This document shows positions 58,572 to 64,000 of a stretch of 64,000 bases of DNA, piece by piece. Positions within the stretch are counted from its first letter, which is position 1, and the number at the start of each line of letters is the position of its first letter. This DNA comes from Candidatus Woesearchaeota archaeon (GTDB lineage: Archaea; Nanobdellota; Nanobdellia; Woesearchaeales; WJKL01). Where the stretch lies: NCBI GenBank assembly GCA_036481345.1, contig JAZGHU010000015.1, positions 3,315 to 67,314 of the forward strand. Direction: 5' to 3'. The notes beneath the pieces were generated by a model. It did no database searches, was not told the origin of the DNA, and saw only the letters and a program-made list of their open reading frames with translations. The position numbers and the translations under genes were made by a program.

Positions 58572-58662
58572 TTCTTTATCAAATTGGTGAATTTAATTAA
58601 TATTATAAATAATTCTCTTTTTTCATAACTTTTATAAACATCACTTATTACTTTTCTTTAAT

Positions 58663-61305
58663 ATGGCAGACTTCAAAAAGATACAAGCCAAATGGCAGAA
58701 AAAATGGGCAGAGAAAAAAGTCTTTAAGGTAAAAGAAGATCCAAAGATGCCTAAGTATTACTGTTTAGAGATGTTTCCATATCCTTCTGGAAGTGGGCTA
58801 CATATGGGGCATGCTTTTAATTATTCTATTGGGGATAGTTATGCTAGATTCAAGAGGATGAGTGGATTTAATGTTCTTTATCCAATGGGTTATGATAGTT
58901 TTGGATTGCCTGCTGAGAATGCTGCTATCAAAGCTAAGATTCATCCAAGAAAACATACTGAGAAAACAATTAAAAGATTTATAGAACAGCAGAAAGAGCT
59001 TGGATTAAGTTATGATTGGGATAGAATGCTTAGTACTTGCGAGCCTGAATATTATAAATGGAATCAATATTTCTTTTTGAAATTTATGGAAAAAGGATTG
59101 GTATACAGGAAAGAAGCTCCTGTTAATTGGTGTCCTAAATGCAAGACTGTTTTGGCTAATGAGCAGGTGCATGATGGAAAGTGCTGGAGACATGAAGATA
59201 CTGAAGTTGACCAGAAGATGTTAGAACAATGGTTTATCAAGACAACAGAATATGCTGATGAATTGTTTGAAGATATTCCTAAACTGCAATGGCCTGATAG
59301 AATTAAGACTATGCAGAAGAACTGGATTGGTAAAAGTCATGGGCTTATGGAAGAATGGCCAGTAGAAGGGATGAATTTGAAGTTGAAAACATTTACAACA
59401 GAGCCACACACTACTTATGGTGCTTCTTTTATGGTCTTAGCTCCTGAACATCCTCTTGTTTTAGAATTAGTAAAAGGCACTAAATATGAAAAAGAAGCTA
59501 AAAATTTCATAAAAAAGTGTAAACGTTTTAGAATCGAAGATCCAACAAATACAGAAAAACAAAAAGAAGGATTTTTCATAGGAAAATATGTTTTGAATCA
59601 TCTAAATAGAAGAAAAATGCCCCTTTATATTGCTAATTTTGCAATTATGGATTATGGAACTGGCATTGTAAAATGTACTCCTACACATGATCAAAGAGAT
59701 TATGAATTTGCAAAGAAATATGATTTAGGATTCTATCCTGTTATTGAACCACCAAATGAAAAACTAGATCCAAAGAAAATGAAACAGGCTTATACTGATC
59801 TAACTGTTGGAAAAATGGTTGATGCTGGAAAATTTACAGGTATGGATGCTAAAGAAGCAAAAATAGCTGTTGCAGATTATACTGTTAAGATAGGACATGG
59901 AGAGAAGACAGTTAATTACAAATTAAGAGATTGGCTTGTTTCAAGACAGAGATATTGGGGAACTCCAATTCCTGTTATTCATTGTGCAAAATGTGGGTTA
60001 GTCCCTGTTTCTGAAAAAGATCTTCCTATATTGTTGCCAGAGAAAGTTAAATTTGGAGAAGGCAATCCATTGCTTTCTAGCAAAGAATTTGTTGAGGTTA
60101 AATGTCCTACGTGTAAAGGAGATGCAAGAAGAGAGACAGATACAATGGATACTTTTTATGATTCTTCATGGTATTTCTTAAGATATTGTGATAACAAGAA
60201 TAAGAAAGCTCCTTTTGACAAGAAGAAAGTAAAGTACTGGATGCCTGTTGACCAATATATTGGAGGAGCAGAGCATGCTTGCATGCATCTTATCTATGCA
60301 AGATTTTTTACAAAAGCTTTGAGAGATTTGAAATATGTGAATTTTGATGAACCTTTTACTAAATTGTTTAATCAAGGCATGCTGCATGGTGATGATGGGC
60401 ATGTTATGAGCAAGTCAAGGGGGAACGTTGTATTGCCTGAAGAAGTTGGTGATAAATATGGAATTGATACTGCAAGATTCTTTTTGATGAGCATTGCTTC
60501 TCCTGATAAAGACCTGGAATGGAGCGATCAAGGAATAGAAGGCAGTGCAAGATTCATGAAAAGATTATTTGCTTATTTTGATTCAGTAAAGATTGGCAAA
60601 TCTTCGAAGAAAGTTGAGAGCAAACTAAACAAAGCAATAAAAGGAGTAACAGAAGATATTGAAGAATTTAGATATAATCTTGCAATCATAAAGATAAGAG
60701 AATTATTTGATGCTCTTGAAGAAGAAGTGAGCAAAAAGACTCTTGAAAATTTCTTAAAGTTATTACATCCTTTCTGTCCACATTTTACAGAAGAGTTTTG
60801 GGAAAAGATAGGAAATAAACCTTTTATTACATTGGCTGGCTGGCCAAAGTATGATGAATCAAAGATTGATCTGAAAGCAGAAGAGATTGAGAAATTTATT
60901 GAGGGTGTTGTTGGAGATGTAAGAAGAGTTTTGAAACTTGTCGGGAATGATAAGCCTGAAGAAATTATTTTATTTGTTTCAAATGAATGGAAGTACAAGT
61001 TTATGGATAAGATCAAGCAGGAAATGGAAAAAACAAGGAATATTGGAGAATTGATTAAGAAGACAATGGACAAGAAGCATGGAAAAGATATTTCTGCAAT
61101 GATTCCTAGACTAGTCAAGGATCCTGCTAAGATTCCAGAAATTGTATTGGACCAGAAAACCGAAGTTGATGCTTTGAAAAAGAATTTAACGATATTGAAG
61201 AAAGAATTTGGAACAGAGAATATTGCTGTGTTTACAGCTGATGAGAGTCATGAACCAAAGGCAAAGCAAGCAATGCCTGGCAAGCCTGCTATATTGATAA
61301 AATGA
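58663..61305 (+). CDS. leuS: Leucine--tRNA ligase (bacterial-type core, archaeal-type C-terminus)
   Basis: MFPYPSG, HMGH, GLPAENAA, SRQRYWG, VMSKS; ends AMPGKPAI. Confidence 0.96.
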   Translation: MADFKKIQAKWQKKWAEKKVFKVKEDPKMPKYYCLEMFPYPSGSGLHMGHAFNYSIGDSYARFKRMSGFNVLYPMGYDSFGLPAENAAIKAKIHPRKHTEKTIKRFIEQQKELGLSYDWDRMLSTCEPEYYKWNQYFFLKFMEKGLVYRKEAPVNWCPKCKTVLANEQVHDGKCWRHEDTEVDQKMLEQWFIKTTEYADELFEDIPKLQWPDRIKTMQKNWIGKSHGLMEEWPVEGMNLKLKTFTTEPHTTYGASFMVLAPEHPLVLELVKGTKYEKEAKNFIKKCKRFRIEDPTNTEKQKEGFFIGKYVLNHLNRRKMPLYIANFAIMDYGTGIVKCTPTHDQRDYEFAKKYDLGFYPVIEPPNEKLDPKKMKQAYTDLTVGKMVDAGKFTGMDAKEAKIAVADYTVKIGHGEKTVNYKLRDWLVSRQRYWGTPIPVIHCAKCGLVPVSEKDLPILLPEKVKFGEGNPLLSSKEFVEVKCPTCKGDARRETDTMDTFYDSSWYFLRYCDNKNKKAPFDKKKVKYWMPVDQYIGGAEHACMHLIYARFFTKALRDLKYVNFDEPFTKLFNQGMLHGDDGHVMSKSRGNVVLPEEVGDKYGIDTARFFLMSIASPDKDLEWSDQGIEGSARFMKRLFAYFDSVKIGKSSKKVESKLNKAIKGVTEDIEEFRYNLAIIKIRELFDALEEEVSKKTLENFLKLLHPFCPHFTEEFWEKIGNKPFITLAGWPKYDESKIDLKAEEIEKFIEGVVGDVRRVLKLVGNDKPEEIILFVSNEWKYKFMDKIKQEMEKTRNIGELIKKTMDKKHGKDISAMIPRLVKDPAKIPEIVLDQKTEVDALKKNLTILKKEFGTENIAVFTADESHEPKAKQAMPGKPAILIK

Positions 61306-61721
61306 ATAAAGAAGGAATAAAAAAAAGTCTTAAGAATCCTTATTTTAATTGGGGATTGGTTGTTGCTTATGCTGCATTGATATTTTATATGTCTAGTCTG
61401 CCAAGATTGATTCCTCCAAGTTTAGAAGGAGGATTAATTGATCTGATTGCAAATTATTCTATCCATATTGGATTAGCTCATTTTATTGAATATGCAATCT
61501 TAAGTTTGTTGTTGTTCAGAGCATTGTATGTTAGTAAAGTGAAAAATCCTGCTGTTTATGCTGTTGTTATTGCTATTGTTTATGGAATTACAGATGAATT
61601 TCATCAATTGTTTATTCCAAACAGAATGTTTGATGTAATAGATTTATTTTTCAATACAATCGGAGCAATAGCTGTTCAGTTTATTGGGAAAATTAAAACT
61701 TGGTTAATTGTCATTTCTTAG
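61302..61721 (+). CDS. VanZ family membrane protein
   Basis: HFIEYAIL, YGITDEFHQLFIPNR, D...N..G. Confidence 0.9.
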   Translation: MNKEGIKKSLKNPYFNWGLVVAYAALIFYMSSLPRLIPPSLEGGLIDLIANYSIHIGLAHFIEYAILSLLLFRALYVSKVKNPAVYAVVIAIVYGITDEFHQLFIPNRMFDVIDLFFNTIGAIAVQFIGKIKTWLIVIS

Positions 61722-63281
61722 AATTAAATTTAACATCTTCTCTGTTGCTTTGACAGCTGCAAATGTCTGGTCTGTTTCAACTCCTTCTGTGTTCAGACTG
61801 TTATCGTCTTTTTTCCAGCCGACAAATGCTTGGGTTAGGGCAGATGTTCTTCCTCCTGGAGGGATGTCGATTCTATAATCAACTAATTCAGGGATCTCTA
61901 TATTTTTTTCTTTGAATATGTATCTTAATGCATTCATAAATGCATCATATTGGCCGTCTCCTTTTGCATTTGCTGTTAATATCTCCCCTTTGTAATCTAG
62001 TTTAACATGTGCTTTTCTTTCTCCATTAAGGTCTGCGTCTATTTTGCATTCCAGGATCCTTAGTGGGACCATTTCAGGCTGTTCAAACAAATCTGCTATC
62101 AAGAATAATAGGTCTGCTTGGGTTATCTGTTCTTTTCTCTGGCCAAGTTCTGCTATTTCATCCCTTAGAGTTTTGATTTGTTCTAGTGTCAAGTCTATTC
62201 CCAGTTCTTTTAGATTCATTTCAATGCTGGCTTTGCCTACGTTTTTGCCTAGAGCGTATCTTGTAGTTTCTTTGCCAAATCTTCCAGGGGCTGTTAGTTT
62301 TGTTTGATAGAGTCCTGCTTTTTTGTCTCCGTCTGCATGAACCCCACAGGTTTGAGTCATTACATTATCCCCCACTATTGGAGCATTGTAAGGAAGTCGT
62401 TTTCCTGAGAATTCTCCTACTAATTCACTGAGTTCTTGATAGCTTAATTCATCTAATTTGAGATCAATATTATACAGGTCTTTTAATACAACAGCGATTT
62501 CTATTAATGAAGTGTTTCCTGTCCTTTCTCCTAGGGTGTTTATTGTTGTGTGGATTCCATTGACTCCTGCAAGAACTGCTTGAACTGTGTTTGCTGTTGC
62601 TAATCCATAATCATTGTGTGCATGGAAATCATATTTTCCTGGAAAGTGCTTTTTTATCTCTTTGATAAATGTGTATGTTTGCTCTGGTGATAAGATTCCT
62701 AATGTATCTGGAAGCATTATTCTTTCTATCCCCTGTTCTTGTATCTCTTTGAGCATATAATAAACATAATCTTTTGAATCTATCATCCCATTTGACCAAT
62801 CTTCTAAATAGACATTGACCTTTATGCCTTTTGATTTTGCATATTGGATTGTTCTTTTGATATCTTCTAGATGCTGCTCTTTTGTTTTCTTTAATTGTTT
62901 TTCTGTGTGTTTTAAAGAGCCCTTGCATAGGAGGTTTGCTGTTCTGCAGCCTGTTTCATAGATCCAATCAATGCTTTGCTCATTAACAAAAGCCAGAACC
63001 TCAATACTTTCTAAATAATTGTTTTCCTTAGCCCAACTGCAGATTGATTTAACTGCTTCGGATTCTTTTGTTGTTGTTCCTGCTGAGGCTATTTCTATTC
63101 TATGGACTCCTAATTCTAACAGCTTTTTAGCAATTGCTAGTTTTTCCTGCTTTGGAAAAGCCACACCTTCTGTTTGTTCCCCATCTCTTAGGGTTGTGTC
63201 AAGTATTTCCATGTAATCTTCCTCTAAGGTGGAAATATTATTTTCTTTATAAAGTGTCGCTATTTTATTTTCTAGTTTCAT
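61704..63281 (-). CDS. cimA: (R)-citramalate synthase (Leptospira/Bacteroidetes-type CimA; DRE-TIM family with regulatory domain)
   Basis: DTTLRDGEQ, NLLCKGS, NVYLEDWSNGM, FHAHNDY, GVHADGD, GDGQYDAF, IPPGG; GAGAGG RBS; alternative start at 63212. Confidence 0.8.
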   Translation of the reverse strand: MKLENKIATLYKENNISTLEEDYMEILDTTLRDGEQTEGVAFPKQEKLAIAKKLLELGVHRIEIASAGTTTKESEAVKSICSWAKENNYLESIEVLAFVNEQSIDWIYETGCRTANLLCKGSLKHTEKQLKKTKEQHLEDIKRTIQYAKSKGIKVNVYLEDWSNGMIDSKDYVYYMLKEIQEQGIERIMLPDTLGILSPEQTYTFIKEIKKHFPGKYDFHAHNDYGLATANTVQAVLAGVNGIHTTINTLGERTGNTSLIEIAVVLKDLYNIDLKLDELSYQELSELVGEFSGKRLPYNAPIVGDNVMTQTCGVHADGDKKAGLYQTKLTAPGRFGKETTRYALGKNVGKASIEMNLKELGIDLTLEQIKTLRDEIAELGQRKEQITQADLLFLIADLFEQPEMVPLRILECKIDADLNGERKAHVKLDYKGEILTANAKGDGQYDAFMNALRYIFKEKNIEIPELVDYRIDIPPGGRTSALTQAFVGWKKDDNSLNTEGVETDQTFAAVKATEKMLNLILRNDN

Positions 63282-63286
63282 ATTAA

Positions 63287-63347
63287 CCTCTCATCTACTA
63301 ATTGAAATTTGCAAGTCCAGAATTAGTAGATTATTGTGGACTTTACA
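63287..63347 (-). promoter_or_regulatory. Putative attenuator with mutually exclusive hairpins next to the cimA RBS
   Basis: AAGTCCA(63343-63337)/TGGACTT(63319-63313) interleaved with ATCTACTAATT(63331-63321)/AATTAGTAGAT(63303-63293); RBS at 63292-63287. Confidence 0.6.
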
Positions 63348-63426
63348 GTATAATAATGATAATAAAAAACGAAATTGTCTTTAATTTCTTAAGCTTATTC
63401 CTGGAGGATTTGTTCTGCTTTATCAT
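63343..63426 (-). CDS. Putative Ile-rich leader peptide MIKQNKSSRNKLKKLKTISFFIIIIIL
   Basis: Five consecutive Ile codons plus Leu before TAA, ending 61 nt upstream of the cimA start; ATG overlaps the end of the upstream ORF. Confidence 0.55.
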   Translation of the reverse strand: MIKQNKSSRNKLKKLKTISFFIIIIIL

Positions 63427-63670
63427 ATCCTTGTGGGACTATGTGGCCTACTAAAAAGTATGGTTTGTCACATATAGTTATATTGCACTCTGCTGTTTTT
63501 ATTTCCTTTCCTGCTTCTTTTGCTCTTTGTTCTAATGATCCATTAGTTGAAGCTTCAATTCTGTCTTCAAATCTTATGTATTTATCTCCTGGATTTAACC
63601 AGTAAGCTATGTTCCTGATTCCATCTTCTGTTGGTTGCTGAAATCTACCTATATAGATATTTTCTTCCAT
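63395..63670 (-). CDS. Hypothetical protein
   Basis: GGAGG RBS before ATG 63670 (MEENIYIG...); the longer start at 63754 is also possible. Confidence 0.6.
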   Translation of the reverse strand: MEENIYIGRFQQPTEDGIRNIAYWLNPGDKYIRFEDRIEASTNGSLEQRAKEAGKEIKTAECNITICDKPYFLVGHIVPQGYDKAEQILQE

Positions 63671-63828
63671 TTTATCTCCTCCATCTTTTATGTAGCAAGG
63701 GTTACAACTAACAAGACAAGCTCCTTCTTCCTCTATTATTTTGCATTGTAACATTTTGCTAATATATTTCTAGAACTCTGACAAGAATAAATTTTCATGC
63801 AAAGCCCAGAAACAATATTTTTTTGGCT

Positions 63829-63903
63829 CTACAGTGCTTTAATAACTAGCACTAAGACTACTAAAATCAGTTTCAATAGTTTTTGTGTACTAGTTTGATT
63901 CAT
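63829..63903 (-). CDS. Putative Leu/Val/Ile-rich leader peptide MNQTSTQKLLKLILVVLVLVIKAL
   Basis: Ten consecutive branched-chain codons; ATG 24 nt downstream of a TTTATATA box; stop codon lies in a hairpin. Confidence 0.6.
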   Translation of the reverse strand: MNQTSTQKLLKLILVVLVLVIKAL

Positions 63904-63927
63904 TTTAACGAGTTATGATATAAGGGG

Positions 63928-63935
63928 TATATAAA
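63928..63935 (-). promoter_or_regulatory. Archaeal TATA box (TTTATATA) with A-rich BRE-like upstream sequence
   Basis: Spacing would place the start of transcription at or just before the leader ATG at 63903. Confidence 0.6.
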
Positions 63936-64000
63936 GATTATCTTTTTCAGGCGGGGAACATGAAAAGTAGGCAAGCACGCCCTGAAATGGACAAAGACTA

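Noticed and set aside
54704..58662. Possible integrative element or prophage at the AT-rich island
   Set aside because: No integrase, transposase, flanking direct repeats or tRNA attachment site seen; kept only as a putative horizontally acquired island
63293..63331. TCTACT...GTAGAT resembles a Cas12a-type CRISPR repeat stem
   Set aside because: Single occurrence, no repeat-spacer periodicity and no cas genes; better explained as an attenuator stem
63944..64000. TTTCAGGCG...CGCCCTGAAA hairpin and a possible ORF start at the window edge
   Set aside because: Truncated by the window end; cannot distinguish terminator, RNA gene end or coding start

Overview
Archaeal chromosomal segment, AT-rich, most consistent with a DPANN lineage (Woesearchaeota-like). 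Evidence: fused PriS-PriL primase, archaeal ribosomal proteins with long charged tails, a stand-alone gyrA, and several uncharacterised genes. It carries the L3-to-L14e ribosomal protein/secY superoperon (minus strand), the S13-S4-S11-rpoD-tRNA-Leu-L18e-L13-S9-rpoN cluster, pheS/pheT, leuS, PCNA, Hef, RNase J, ScpB, MinD, NAC, an RNase P RNA and three tRNAs (two with introns, one at the non-canonical 59/60 position). Best novelty candidate: two unannotated, mutually similar short ORFs rich in Leu/Val/Ile codons (63829-63903 and 63343-63426, minus strand). Each is followed by mutually exclusive RNA hairpins, and both lie upstream of a Leptospira-type citramalate synthase. This looks like tandem leader-peptide attenuation of branched-chain amino-acid synthesis in an archaeon. 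Other candidates: a three-gene helical-hairpin operon with ESCRT-III-like MIM motifs, an AT-rich Fic-like / B12 radical SAM / GT-kinase island, and a short palindromic repeat sitting in-frame in ribosomal protein tails. All calls come from reading motifs by eye; no database searches were run.
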